A stretch of 62,247 nt of DNA, counting the filler, from Catajapyx aquilonaris (taxonomy: Eukaryota), in assembly GCA_000934665.2 (NCBI GenBank). It is 4 parts of 4 records of this genome, joined end to end, with 100 filler letters (N's around TTAATTAATTAA, not from the genome) between each part and the next. Parts side by side here need not be neighbours in the genome. Positions count along the whole stretch, not along the records: positions 1 to 15,360 come from KZ539699.1; positions 15,461 to 30,781 come from JYFJ02007529.1; 2 more parts are not named here. One strand, written 5' to 3'. The stretch's first letter is position 1. Every line of letters begins with the position of its first letter. The notes under the pieces were generated by a model. That model ran no database searches. It saw nothing but the letters and a program-made list of their open reading frames with translations, and was not told where the DNA came from. The translations under genes were made by a program, and so were the position numbers. Shown in pieces: positions 13,002-25,699 of this stretch.

Positions 13002-13308
13002 TCTCTATCTCTATCTCTATAAATAAGGAAGTTTGTCAATTTGTCAGTTTGTTTGTCCCTTATAGAAATCCGGGGGAAGGCCCCTACACCGCCTTAAATT
13101 AGCATATCGGGAGTTACATCTTTCAAGGAATTTAATGCCGCATGTTTCAGCTTCCGAAAATGTACCTAACACCCATAACACGCATATTCCCAATTAACCA
13201 ATTGCATTTACCTACTTAACAATATTCATAGATTTTCATGGTAATGCCCTCATTACATTGTAGGCCTACCACCATAACTTACCCGGGCAACGCCGGGTAA
13301 CCTGCTAG
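13002..13308 (+). mobile_element. Non-autonomous Helitron
   Basis: A|TC 5' end with TTTGTC-type repeats; 3' hairpin ACCCGGGCAACGCCGGGT then CTAG|T; no TSD. Confidence 0.85.
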
Positions 13309-13830
13309 TGAAAAATATATAAATGCTTACTTCAGACCAAGCTTCAGACCCATTCTCTTAACACACTTTTATCCAAGGACTTAAACGTAGTCGGTCAGTT
13401 AAATATGCTTTGTCCCGTCTGTTACCTAGATTAATTATCACTGTACCAATCACATGCAACAATAACTTAATTTTGGAATGAACCTATATTTTGTTGCTAT
13501 GATAGTCTTCTACAACATATTTATGAAATGTTCAACAGAACATAGTTTTGCTATTATGTGTACTACAATTCGTATGTATGTCCTTTTGCTGTGCCGTCCG
13601 TTACCCGACTTCATAAAATTAAATAACCAAGTAAAAACATAAATTATCAATATCTGATGTTTCATCAATCTTAACACCACGGCTATGTTGCTGTTGCAAA
13701 TCAATGCTACGTAATTGATCATTCGAGCACTTTGAAACCTACAGAATTTATACGGTAAAATAATATCCATTAATTTTGTCCCGTCCGTTACCGTGGGTGA
13801 CACATGTAGTGTACATAAAGTGCATGTATA

Positions 13831-14288
13831 TAAAGGTCTCGGAAATCTAACTTTGAACCCCGTCCACTCTCGCCCGAGCCAATAAGAATGAGTGCCAATT
13901 GTTGGGGCACGGCTGGCCAGATGATAGGAATTGTAGAATTAGAATTTGCTATTTATTTGAAGAAACTGTTATAAGCACTTTGATTGCATAGTACTCTGAT
14001 AGTCTATAAATATCATTATCTCTCTGAGTGACGACATTCCAATGTTGCCAGAAGCATGGAACATAATCTCTTCCGAATTATAGCCCGAGATAATTAAAAT
14101 ATGGATTTTAATTAAAGATGATACATTTATAGACCATGAGATTACTATGAAATCAAAGTGCTTATAGCCGTTTCTTAAAATAAAGGGCAAATTCGAATTC
14201 TACAATTTCCTATAATCTGGCCAGCCGTGCCCCAACAATTGGCACTCATTCTGATTGGCTCTTGAAAGTTAGAAGTCCGATACCTATA
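13831..14288. mobile_element. Long-TIR MITE
   Basis: About 100-bp inverted arms (GAATGAGTGCCAATTGTTGGGGCACGGCTGGCCAGAT and its complement). Confidence 0.75.
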
Positions 14289-15588
14289 GTACATCTCAAG
14301 TGGTTGTGGTTCGGGTTCATTCGTGGGGTTCATTTCATCCATTGTGAATTGTCCGATTGGAACGTTCCACTCATTCCATAAATTCCATAATTACATCTTG
14401 ACAACTCTCCAATTGACTAAAATTAAATCTACTTAACATTCTCAATCCTTAATGATTTCGTCAGTTAAACTGTTTTTACGGTAGAGTTTTGCAACTTGGC
14501 AACCCAGCATATTTTCCGGGGTAGAACACTTTCCGCGGAGCTTGGGAGTAAGTGGTTAGCAAAACAACTCCAGGTACCAAGGCATTTAGAAGAACAATCG
14601 AGATTCTTGTGGCTGTGTGTGTTATTCCTGAGGTTGAGGAAAAGCTGCATCTGGACTAGACACAGTAGTCAGACAACTCACCCAGCGAGTAGAAGCAACC
14701 ATGAACAACTCTGCAATGCGCTACGTGAGATTTGCCAGAGTGAGTGTACCCTACATAGTATTTCATTATGATGAAGACAAAACTTGTAGTGTTAACGTTT
14801 GGGCACTGGAGGTTTGTTAGGTAAATTTTTTCGGTACTTCCGTTTCCTGATAGCCACTATGAATTTCTTTCTATAATGGCCCTCCCTTATTCTGTTATCT
14901 CTTGGAGATTCCATCACGCAGCGACAGAATCTGAGAATGTGCTTCTGGAATTCATTGTGCTATTTTGTTGGCACTGTTTACTCCTTTTGCCGCGAATGGC
15001 ATCTCCATGGAAAGAAAAGCGAGAGGTTGACAGAACACAGTGCTGTTCCATAAAATATTTAAGGGGCGATAGCCCCTTAGTAAGACCGTAGCATAGCGTT
15101 TCAACAATGAATTTTTCCTGGTTCTTCTTGTTGTTACGTTTTTTTCAATCGCCCTAACTCAGATTCTGCTGTAGGTAGAGCTTCCAAATTTTGAACACAG
15201 ATCCCCACCGTCGTGACTTGATTTCCTACCATTTACACTTTTACTTCATTCCTCTTCAAAACACCGCAAAAAATTTAAAACCACCAAAAAATTCGTCTCA
15301 ATTTTTTTGCTCAATAACTATTCGGAATTAGGTTCCTTCTTCAACGGGCCGAAGGTGCAGNNNNNNNNNNNNNNNNNNNNNNNNNNNNNNNNNNNNNNNN
15401 NNNNTTAATTAATTAANNNNNNNNNNNNNNNNNNNNNNNNNNNNNNNNNNNNNNNNNNNNATTCTGCGTCAGATAAGGTTTTTATGACCCGTTTCCACGA
15501 GTTCCCCTTCATGCAAATGTTGTGAACTCACTCCTGACCTTATTTTTCGCATTGGTCTATAACCTGGTCCAATAAAAATTTGAAAAGG

Positions 15589-15848
15589 AATGCATGAAAT
15601 GGCGGACCCGGACGCATTACTTTCGAATTGGTACCGTCGCATTTGTCTCCATTTTTAATTTCAAATAATTTTTTGGTGGGAAAGGACAGTAAGCAGTCCT
15701 ACCTTGGTAAATTAATCAACATGACACATCCTTTCGTTCACGTCCTTTCGCACCAAAAAATTATTTCAAAGTAAAAGTGGAGACAAATGTGATGGTACCA
15801 ATGTGAGAATTCGAAAGTAATGCATCCGGGTCCGCCATTTAATGCATT
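15589..15848. mobile_element. Palindromic MITE
   Basis: AAATGGCGGACCCGGA ... TCCGGGTCCGCCATTT with long paired arms. Confidence 0.7.
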
Positions 15849-16793
15849 TGCCCATTTGCCCATTTGCCAAACAACCAATAGGTTGATTTATTTCCAGCAC
15901 TTACATGGCCTAGTGGAAACAAGAAACTGCTACAGCCCGTTAAGCCTGTTTCACAAACTCGGCGTTGCCCAAGCGGGGCATGTGGAGTGTGGAACTAAGG
16001 TGGGCTGAAAACCTCCACATTCGAACAGTGGGTACACCGTTAGTTCTAAAGCAGTTCTATCAAATACAGTTCAGAATCCTTTATCCGAAATGCTTGGGAC
16101 TGGCAGTTTTTCGGAATTCGGATTTCTGAATATATGTATATCCTCCTGAGCCCTGATGTTGCGATATGTCGACATCAGGGGGAAAAAATTTGGCGCCAAC
16201 TAGTGATGCCAATAGAACTGTAACATGTTGGTATCCCATGGTTACAATCTGGCCTCAATAGGTGTAGCCACCTCGTGTCCAATATCTGACTTGGACCGCG
16301 AAAATTATATCGCGGATAAAATGGCGGATTCCGCTGCTGAAGCTAGGCGCTCCTCTGATCAGTTTTATTTTTTTACTCACATTTAGAGTGCGATTTTCGC
16401 AATGCAGTGAATGTCCTGGGATTCTCAAGGAATGTGTCTTAGGAACTGCGAAAAGATGATTCTGTGACCATCTTTGTTGCTGTAGAGAACTGTTAATTTT
16501 CTTTTCTTCCTGAGACCAAATGCCCATTTAAATGGACATCCGAAAAATGGCATTTTTAGCTGAATGGGCTGTGACTTTTCTTTAAGTGCCTGTACCTATA
16601 CACCCATAAGGAAGTGGGCTTTGCACTATGCAGTTCCGCTTTAAAATCCAGAATAGCGAGGTACCACTCTAGCGGGTAAGAAGTGAAGGAGCAAGCCCCA
16701 TCCCTGGAGTGGAGGCGTTCAAAAATAATTGCAGTTTATCTTTAATCGTCTTCTGAGAGGAATTGCTACCACGAATTCCACAAATGAATTTAA

Positions 16794-18059
16794 CCCTAAT
16801 AAGACAGGTGGTTTTTCGGGTTTTTGCAAGGATCTGCAAAAAATTCACTTGCTTTGTCACTTGGGGGATGAGACATAAATACACTAGTGAATAAGATCGT
16901 CTAGTGTCCAGGCTTGATTCTGAGGCCATGTATGTGACCCTCCTCTCATACCATAATTATGGAGATGTAAATTCTTAAATGCGCAACAAGGTGGCACAGG
17001 GGGTATGTTTCACGCCTACTCAAATTTTTTGTCACTCTGCCTGCTTGACAAAAAGTGTATGGGTATGTAGCCTTGGCACCACTGAACAAAGCAGGACATA
17101 AGCACATGGCATTAATTACGTCACACGACAGGCATGCCAGCAACAGAGACAAACATTCACCCCCCAACTGAGTGTAAACCTCCCTCGCTTCACAGCTATT
17201 CGAAACTCCTGCGGAGGCCAGCCGGGAGTTGCGCAGTGGCCCGCCAGCGGCTAATTGTCATTTATGAACATTTATTTATTTTAAAGCTATTGAAATATTT
17301 TTTGCACTAATTTTAGGGTGGAATCTCTGGAGGGGGTTTGGGGGCAACTATGTCAAAAATTTGCCGGCCAAGGTCGATTTTGTTTCTTTTTTGATTTTTT
17401 TTTTCAGCAGCCGCAAAAAGATGATTTCATTCAGGTTAATCTGGTTAATCTGGTTTATTTATGCACGATTTTGTAGTCCAAAACTCGCGATTTTTTACGC
17501 GAGAGAAAATTTAAGAAGCCACACAGAAACCACGTTACATAGAGGGAAAACGCTCTAGTTAATAATATAATAATAATAATAACTGGGGCAGTGCTTTCAC
17601 CCCCAACTGGGGGTATATCACACGTTCCTTTATTTTTGTTATTATTATTGTACAGTATAGCTGGTGCAGGGACAGGGTAGGGATAGGAGGGAGGGACACT
17701 GGTGCATGTGCAATGTCTCAAGTTGGGGGTCGTGTGCAGTCCCTCAGGGGGTCCGTTCGCCATAGATGGCCCCCTAGATGCGGGTCAGAAACCCCCGACT
17801 GACCCGCATCTCCTCCAGGACAGGGAAAGGAGGGAAGCGGCTGTGGCCTATATTACGGTACGATCCCGGAAATTATTCCTGGAGCGACCTTGGAAAACCA
17901 CAGAAAACCAAGGTCAGGATCGCCGGCCTCCGGGGTTCGAAACCAGGACCTCCCGATTAGCAGTCGGATACCAAATCCCCTCCGCTACCACTGCTTCGGT
18001 CGATAGAGGGAAAAAACGCTCTAGTTTTGCCAGCATATGATACGCCCATCTTATTAGGG
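16794..18059. mobile_element. piggyBac-type MITE nested in the ATAT element
   Basis: TTAA-CCCTAATAAGA ... TCTTATTAGGG-TTAA; empty site visible at about 44185 in the second copy. Confidence 0.88.
17561..18002 (-). mobile_element. Chimeric SINE (A head, B-like middle, C-like tail)
   Basis: TSD of about 22 bp ATAGAGGGAAAA(AA)CGCTCTAGTT; modules match other copies in the window. Confidence 0.85.
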
Positions 18060-18381
18060 TTAAAAAACATGGTTTTGAGGATAGAGCACTATGTGAGTGA
18101 TCCATTAAGTGGCATTTAAATTTTCAGCTTTCATCCATTCTGCTTTTGTAGCAGAAATTGGGTCTCATGTTCTCATTGGTTGTTTGTCATTATTTAATTC
18201 AATATTTTAGAATTATAATTTTTTTCTCGTTTCTTATTGGGAAAATGTTTGGAAAATGGAAGGAACTGACATTGCGTTACTCAATAATTCTACTCGGGTC
18301 TCAGGAAGATATTCTATAAAATGGGACAAATTTGGGATGGGATATATATGCCTTACTGCAATATCCATTTACACTTCTTAA

Positions 18382-18877
18382 GGGGACACAGTACCAAAAA
18401 TACGGTCACAATCCGGAGCCTTTGGCAACGACCCAAACAAACTCCCTTATGCATGGGCAGCATATAGGGATCCGACATGTCTACATTCTGTGGCCGTACG
18501 GCAGCAAAACTGGTACAATTGACACACAAATTGCACCAAAAAATAGTACATGATCTGGTGCAGGGCACCTAGTTTGCCTTTTTTCCATTTTCGGCTTAGA
18601 AGTGACATTTACAGCAAGTATAAGTTGAAGTTCGCAGAAAATGGCGTCTCCGAAAAGTCAATTTCATTACGAAACATGGCCGACGGAATCGCGTGAAAAT
18701 CGGACACATTTCTGTGGCAGTATGTCCACAATTTCATGCAATCATGTCGAGTATGGTATCATTGTAAAGGTCAAACCTTCGAGCAGTTCGTGTTTTCCCA
18801 TATTAACGCCGAGTTTTGCAACAAAAAAATATGTTCCCTACGAAATGCGCCTACCATATTTTTGCTACTGTACCGCC
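18382..18877. mobile_element. Kolobok-type MITE
   Basis: TTAA-GGGGACACAGTACCAAAAATA ... TATTTTTGCTACTGTACCGCC-TTAT. Confidence 0.6.
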
Positions 18878-20061
18878 TTATTAGATGTTATACGAGGTCA
18901 GTGCCAAAATGATTTACAATTTGTTTTTTGCCACAGACACAACACCCATGCAGGTTAAAAAATAGGCACACATTTATAGATAGAATCCTCCTGGAGACGA
19001 ATGAACTGGCACTGGTCAACCTCTCCAGGCCCTCCAGGAACCTCTTTTTGGTGGTCCGGTGCACCAACTCCCAGACAACTCTTCACAGTCAACAATGTTG
19101 GCCTCTGGAGTTTCACCGCGGGACGTCAGAAAAGTGTAAAGCCCATGGTTTTTTTCGCAGTTTTTAACTAAGCACTCGTAGGAGTATCCATGGCCAAAAT
19201 GTCAAATTTTAGACAGTCCCCCCACTTTAAAGATATTTGACCTTGAAATCCGCAAATTTCGAACTTTTTCTAATTTTGGACCGAAAAATCGGCCAGAAGG
19301 GCTTGCAAACCCGGATTTATTTCACCATGGCTGGACACCCTTCCAGTCGGAGTCCTCGAAAAAAAAAAAATCCACCCTGGGATTTCAAGCCCTTTTGGTT
19401 TTTCAGGCCTTTGAAATTGGAAAATTTTCTCATTTTGATAGCTATATTGAAGCCCATTAAAGTTCCAGTTCCCAAAGTTTTATCCTACATGTATGTACAT
19501 ATTCTGAAAGGCCAAGACCTCTCCTTTCAGGAAGTGAAAACCAGAACATCCTATCTTGAATAGACAACAAACAGTAGCCGTATTTCAGAACCCTTACAAA
19601 TGCTGGTTTTTGCTTGCCGCGGTGAAGAAAAATGAGTATATATCCTACATGGTGGCAGATTTTTAAAAAACAAAAATAGTTTTGAGCAAGTCAATATCAA
19701 GGCCACCAATGGTAAAAATATTAAAAATTAACTAGATGGTCGAGCAACCATCAAATATGAAATTGGTTGATTTCACATGGAATGACCCTATTATTATATT
19801 GACAAGGAATAAAATGTGCAGGCAAAACAGGAAAATTCATGTTCATCCTTGCCTGGAAAGATCGTCGTCAAAAGGACTGTACCATAATTATACTACTCCA
19901 ACATCTGAGGCAAGATGATGCAAGCTTTTTTCCCCCCAGTATTTTCGGCAACTGATGCGTCCCAAGTATTGGGATAGGCGCATAGGCCTCAACTTCAGAT
20001 ATAAAGGCTTCGATATTAATTTCCTTCACTAATTGCACAATCCAAGGTGTGGCATGAAATA

Positions 20062-20774
20062 CAGGGTCATGGAAATAGAATGTCCCATTTAAAAAACCCT
20101 ACAACTCGAAAACTTGCAGACATATCTGAATGATTTAAGTTTTGAAATTCTAAGAAAGGTCTGCAGTTTAGGTTTCAGGTTAGTTTTTTTTTCGATGTGA
20201 GCTTCATTTATTGCTAGGCAGATTAAAAAGCCTGTATTGGGTGTCGGGACAAACCCTATCAATCACATCTGGAGTTACCATTGCAATCCTATCCCGTAGG
20301 TGCTGGATATCTCTGATATTTACACCACAGACAGTGTTCTTCATGATTCAAATAAAAAAGTCGCCTCATCCATGAAATAAACCTGCCGTAGAAAATTTCT
20401 ATTTATTCAGCTTCCCAGTGTGAGAAGTCTTGAATGAGAAATTTCTCCATGCCTAGCCCCTCCAGAAGCCCAGATTTTACCCCGATGGACATTTTTGTGG
20501 AGATACATGTATGGTGACACTATTCGGCACCACCATCACCTACGAGAAAAGATTTCAGCGGTAACGCCAGACATGCCTGAGCGGGTTAGGCAGGACACCG
20601 ATTACCATATTTACATTTTTTGAGCAACAAATGGAGCTCATATCGAAACAAACTATGGTAAGACCAGAACGTTAGACATTTCTTTACATTTCAAAACTTA
20701 AAACATTAAGATATCTCTACAAGTTTTCAAGTTATAGGGTTTTAAAAATGGGACATTCTTTTTTGATGATCCTG
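20062..20774. mobile_element. Decayed Tc1/mariner deletion derivative (related copy about 42122-43050)
   Basis: TA-CAGGGTCAT...ATGATCCTG-TA long TIRs; remnant PSRSPDFTPMDIF resembles the WPPRSPDLTPLDFF transposase motif. Confidence 0.8.
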
Positions 20775-21466
20775 TAGTGTGGACATATGACTGGGCCTGT
20801 GGGCCTGTTGTGGGCGTGAGTGGCCTGTGGCTCCGTGAGAATGCACCAATGCAAACCAATGGTCCGCTACCGAGTGGCGCCTGGCCTTGAGCACTTGTAG
20901 GAGCAAAGACGCTCGGGCCTGCCACTCAATCGCGCGGTCAAGCAACTTCCAAGCCACTCCGAACCCACAGACGCCTACCCTGGCACTGCAGTGGCCATGT
21001 GTGAATGCTCCCATTTAATCCTGTGTATAAGCAACGGTGGCCAGTTGCCGTGGCGAGCGTCTGCCACTAAAAGTGGCCACGTGTGAACCGGGCCTAAGCC
21101 GAATGGCACTGTTGGGAGGCCTTGTCATATGGAGCATCAGTGTGCATCAAAGGTAAGAGGGAGGCCATGGTTGGGGTTGGGGAGTTGGGGGATGTGGAAG
21201 AAGCAGTGGATAGTGACAAAGATGACGATGCTGTGTGGTGGGGAGATGATAGCCAAGAAAAATTCTCCTGAACCGACCTTAGCAGGCCATCCAGGTCATG
21301 GCACTGGACTGGAGTTGGACATGGTGTGGAGGTTGGATGGATGGGAAGAATGCAACACACAAATAGGTAAAGTGTGAGCTCGTGGTCACCATCTTCCCGA
21401 CTTGGACTAGGCTTGCAAGTGCTTTGTTCATCAATCCCATGTAACTAGTGGCCAAAAAAGCCTTAA

Positions 21467-22194
21467 AGGGACACTCCACTCAAAATACAAGTTGGCCCCC
21501 AAAAATCGGGCAAAAAATCCTGATTCCGAATGTGCAATCGGTTTTTTTCTACGCCCAACGGTAACACGGAAAATCATATATCTACACACGTCGTCTGCTA
21601 AGAAGGGCGATACAACAGCATCCGCGGCAAACCGGAGAAGTAGAGAGTGTGCTCAACAAACAACTGCCGCGCGAGGCGCGCTAGGCAACACTAGCGCGCC
21701 AGCTTCGAGCGCTTTCGAGCCGAACCTGATGAGAAGGATGGCGGACCACAGAAAGGTCACTAATGAGGTCGGTTGTGTAAGTGCACCCGATGTTTCGGAG
21801 GCCGGCACAGGTAGAGTCCATCCCGGCGCCCTCGCACCTCCCCTGCGGCCGCCGGCCCTGGATTCTCGGCATGACCTCCCTATTTTTCAATTCCTGCCGA
21901 TAGGTGGCGCAGGTGTCATGAACAGTTGCATACGGTTCTAATACGTTCCGGTTTGAATTCGCGGGCAGAGCCAGGCATCTCCTCCATTTCCCATTCCTGC
22001 CGCCAGGCGGCGAGGGTGTCGTGTACAGTAGCATACTGTTGCAACCGTATCGCCAAAATATGCACAATTAACCGGTACCTCGTTCACCTCATCGGCTCAT
22101 CGTTCACCGGAAAAAAAATTTATCGGTGTCGTTGGAATCGCATTTTTTTGCCCGATTTTTGGGGGCCAACTTGTATTTTGAGTGGAGTGTCCCT
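21467..22194. mobile_element. Kolobok-type MITE, copy 1
   Basis: TTAA-AGGGACACTCCACTCAAAATACAAGTTGG TIR at both ends. Confidence 0.88.
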
Positions 22195-22619
22195 TTAAGA
22201 CTGTGCGCCCGTGGAAGGCAGAAAAATTTAAGCCCGGTATCCACACAAGAGTTTCTTTTGTCACAGAAGCTAACTGCACATGCCCGGATCAGAGGAAAAG
22301 TATAAAATTTTCAACTTTAATCCCTCTTCTGGAGGGAAGCAGAGGGGGTCTGAGACATACAAGATTTCTCACGCAAGAGGACAAAAGAAACCCTTGCATG
22401 GATACTGGGTTTGAGTCCCATGTACACGGACTCCATGAAATGCTAAGCTAAGAGTGTGCGTTACGTCAGCTGGCTGCTTGTCTTCTTGATGATCTCTGCT
22501 AATTCCTCCCGAGACAATGCAACCTGCAATTCAAGAAATATAAATCACACACATGGGACATACAATATCTAGGCAACAAAAATATCAGCATGGCAACCAA
22601 ATGGCTACATTGACTGGCA

Positions 22620-23537
22620 CAAAGAGCTTAATACTAGGAAGAGTGGAAAAAACAGCTGGTAGCATAGCAACAGTGTCTCCAATCGACTGACCTGCCACCT
22701 GGCGATCGACAGCCAAACTCGATACTGTATTGTACAATACGGTAGATCGAGGCAGTGCCGGAAATATGGCAATAAAAGCCCCAGAGGTTGGAAATAAGCT
22801 ATAAGTACTCGTATACTCTCGTTGGTGTAAAAAATGACGACGAAACACGATGTAGAAGACCTGTGAATAAAATACCATCACGAAAAGCAAATTGTTTGCC
22901 AGAAGTTTATTGCCACTATAATAATCCCACACTCTGCGCTATACAATACACACCACGGTAGGCTACTGTACACACTGGTCATGATGCACGCTGAACATTG
23001 TCATGACAGGAAGATGTACCCCCCGCTGCTATGTCCATCTTGTGGCGGGTCGGGGTTGTTCTTCTATACTGTGAACTCGAGAGCCGTGGAGGGTCCTTTG
23101 GTAATGAAAGACCCCGTGCGCGAACAGCAGTAGTAGCACTCGGCACCCAACCCCCGACCATCTACGCCCCACTATGCCGGCCTTGGAACTTGTTCCATTT
23201 CAACATTCGAACGTGATTTCTAAGCAACGAGGTGATTATTTGGATTGTTAGGTGCAGGGTGGCAAGCTGCGTCGAATATCAGTTTCGAGTCCAAAATTAG
23301 TGCCTTAACCGCATACGACCTCATATTGGTCAGTTTTTAGATTTATAACTCTTAATTATGTGCCTCTTGATATTAAATCAACACAGTTTATTGAAATTAC
23401 TCTCGACAGCACTCGACGGTGCCGCCAAGTGGCGCCGCGTAGTGGCCGACAGCCAAACACGTTGACTAAACAACTGGCCAAAAAGTGGCGACGCTTGGAA
23501 ACCGTTTTTTCCACTCTTCCTAGTATTAAGCTCTTTG
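22620..23537. mobile_element. P-element-like MITE
   Basis: 34-bp TIR CAAAGAGCTTAATACTAGGAAGAGTGGAAAAAAC; 8-bp TSD GACTGGCA. Confidence 0.85.
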
Positions 23538-23989
23538 GACTGGCACATATGGAAATTTTAATTTTGATTTTTACAATAACTGTGGATGTGGCCCAATATT
23601 TCCAGTTGCATAACTAAAACATATATGTAATAAACTTGATGACTGCACTATACTGGTTGTGTAATGCGATACCATTTCAATTGCAATGGTCAACCTCATT
23701 AATTTAACTCCAGTCATAAGAACCAATGATCAATTGGGGTCTCACTATTGCTTTAAATTAATAATTAAATTATAAATAAACATTCCCACATCTATCAATC
23801 ACTGACTATGTCCATTTGTTGTTGTTTAAAAAAAAATATTGATCCCTCTTCTTCAGTTCAATCTGGGCCTCTTTTGCAATTCTGGCTTTCTACTTTTTCT
23901 ATTGGGATCCTCTGATAAGATGGCTTGAGGGGCATGTGAAGTTGCCACTTTGTTGCTATAACTGTACCATTTCATCAACTGCAGTAGTG

Positions 23990-24648
23990 CAGTCGGCCCT
24001 CGATATCTGAGGGTTCTATACCCATGGACCAAAAAGATTCGAGAAAGAAAAAATCATGTATTTCTAAAAGGCAAACTTTAATTTGCTTTGCAGCAAGCAC
24101 TGCAATATAGAACTATTTACATAGCATTTACAGTACCCTGCATTAATGGCCATGCACAGATATCGCCACCTGTCCAAGAACGAGCGGAAGTAGGTGTCGG
24201 TGGGCTGCGTCCAAAACACTTGGACAGCTCAAGATATAGCGGTAGATTCAAACGCTTGCTACAAAGATGGATCACAGCGGATCACAGATATATCTGTGGG
24301 GTGAATTATAAGGCCATTACGATTCCTATCAATGTATTGAGGTTGTGAACCAGTTATTACACGGACCAAAACTGAAGCAGGTTGGCATAGTGGATAAGGC
24401 GTCCGACTGCTAATCGGGAGGTCCTGGGTTCGAATCCCGGGGCCGGCAACTCTGACCGTGGTTTTCTGTGGTTTCCCACGGTCCTTCCAGGAAAATTCCG
24501 GAGTTGCTTCCGTAATTAATAGGCCACAGCCGCTTCCTTCCATCCCTATCCTATCCCAAAAAGCGCAGTAAAATGAAAGCAAAGAGTTCCAGGCAAAACA
24601 AAACTTCCCCCCTAAAGAGCCGATAGGCTGATAACGGGGTATGAATTC

Positions 24649-24699
<51 letters not shown>

Positions 24700-25037
24700 A
24701 CGGACCAAGCGAATGCCTGTCAATCCACCCCTATATCTTGAGCCTTCTAGAGCGGTCTCATGAGCAGTCTTGATCATCAAAGTATTTTTGGACACAGCCC
24801 ACCGGACGCCTACTTCCGCTCAATTTGGCCAGGTGGCGATGTCTGTGCATGGCCATTAATGCAGGGTACTGGACATCGCATTAGGTATTATACATGATCT
24901 AGAAATTGTTTAAAATATGTGGGAATATGTGCGCAGGTCATATGCATGCACTATGCCATGTACTTGAGCACCTGCAGATTTTGGTATCCACAGAAGCTCC
25001 TAGAACTAATCCCAGAACCAATATGGAAGACCGACTG
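23990..25037 (-). mobile_element. pogo/Tigger MITE resembling MER2, hosting a MITE (24131-24871) that hosts SINE A
   Basis: CAGTCGGCCCTC ... GAAGACCGACTG-TA; inner TIR CAGTACCCTGCATTAATGGCCATGCACAGA. Confidence 0.8.
24370..24692 (+). mobile_element. tRNA-derived SINE family A with (TAT)n tail
   Basis: A box TGGCATAGTGG, B box GGTTCGAATCC, CTGCTAA anticodon-like loop; 16-bp TSD TTATTACACGGACCAA. Confidence 0.9.
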
Positions 25038-25699
25038 TAGCTCACTTTATGGTGCGTTGCAGCACTTCACTAATGCAGCACTTATAAACTACTCATTTTT
25101 ATTATTCACAGCATTTGCCTCAGTGCTTTTGTGGTGCATGTGCACATCAGCAACACAGACTGCTAGTGTTTCTCAATGTTTTACCTGGACACCATATTTT
25201 TGGCCTACCACTACCGTTTTACTACTACATAGTTCTAACTCTAATTTTGAGAAAAAGTGACTTGTGAGGTGCAACAAGTTCTAACTCCATTGGCCTATCA
25301 AAAAAAAACTGGTCAGGATGCATTTCGCTGGTTTATTACTACCGAGTTCTAACTCCAATCTTGAGATAAGGGCAACTCCACATTGCCATTTTTCGCTAGC
25401 GTTATGAAGTTCTAGCTCCGGAGTGAGACTTTTGTCATTCTGAAAAAAATCAAATTAGGTGATTTAAAAGGTTCTAACTCCACCATTGTTGCTGCTGTTA
25501 CAAACAACGACATTGGGACAGTGAAACACAAAATATGAGTAGGGTATGTAAGCCACAGTATTGCAAAAATGAACTCATTAGGTTTCAATGTTCATGGTCT
25601 AATTGTCGTACTGTCCAAACTTTGATTTCAAATATCTCTGCTTCATTAAAAGTGGAGTTAGAACTATGTATTGAACCCACGCGTATATTGTTCTCTTAA

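Larger units (their letters stand above)
16142..18308. mobile_element. ATAT-TSD piggyBac-like element (5'-truncated second copy 43350-44433)
   Basis: ATAT-CCTCCTGAGCCC ... GGGTCTCAGGAAG-ATAT; colinear with 43350-44433 after removing inserts. Confidence 0.8.

Noticed and set aside
14701..14739. MRYVRFAR as the PR/SET motif NWMRYVNCAR
   Set aside because: Conserved Trp absent, stop codons shortly upstream in frame, wrong strand and far from the zinc-finger exons.
15405..15416. TTAATTAATTAA inside N runs (also 30826 and 46241)
   Set aside because: Artificial six-frame-stop scaffold linker, not biology.
24375..24450. tRNA-Ser-like gene (also heads near 17995, 39110, 42590, 44030, 55350, 57160, 61455)
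   Set aside because: No proper acceptor stem; attached to conserved bodies, tails and TSDs, so these are SINE heads.
24259..24795. ORFs with poly-Ile, poly-Asn or poly-Tyr (also 29326, 54706, 54855)
   Set aside because: Read-through of (TAT)n microsatellites and SINE tails.
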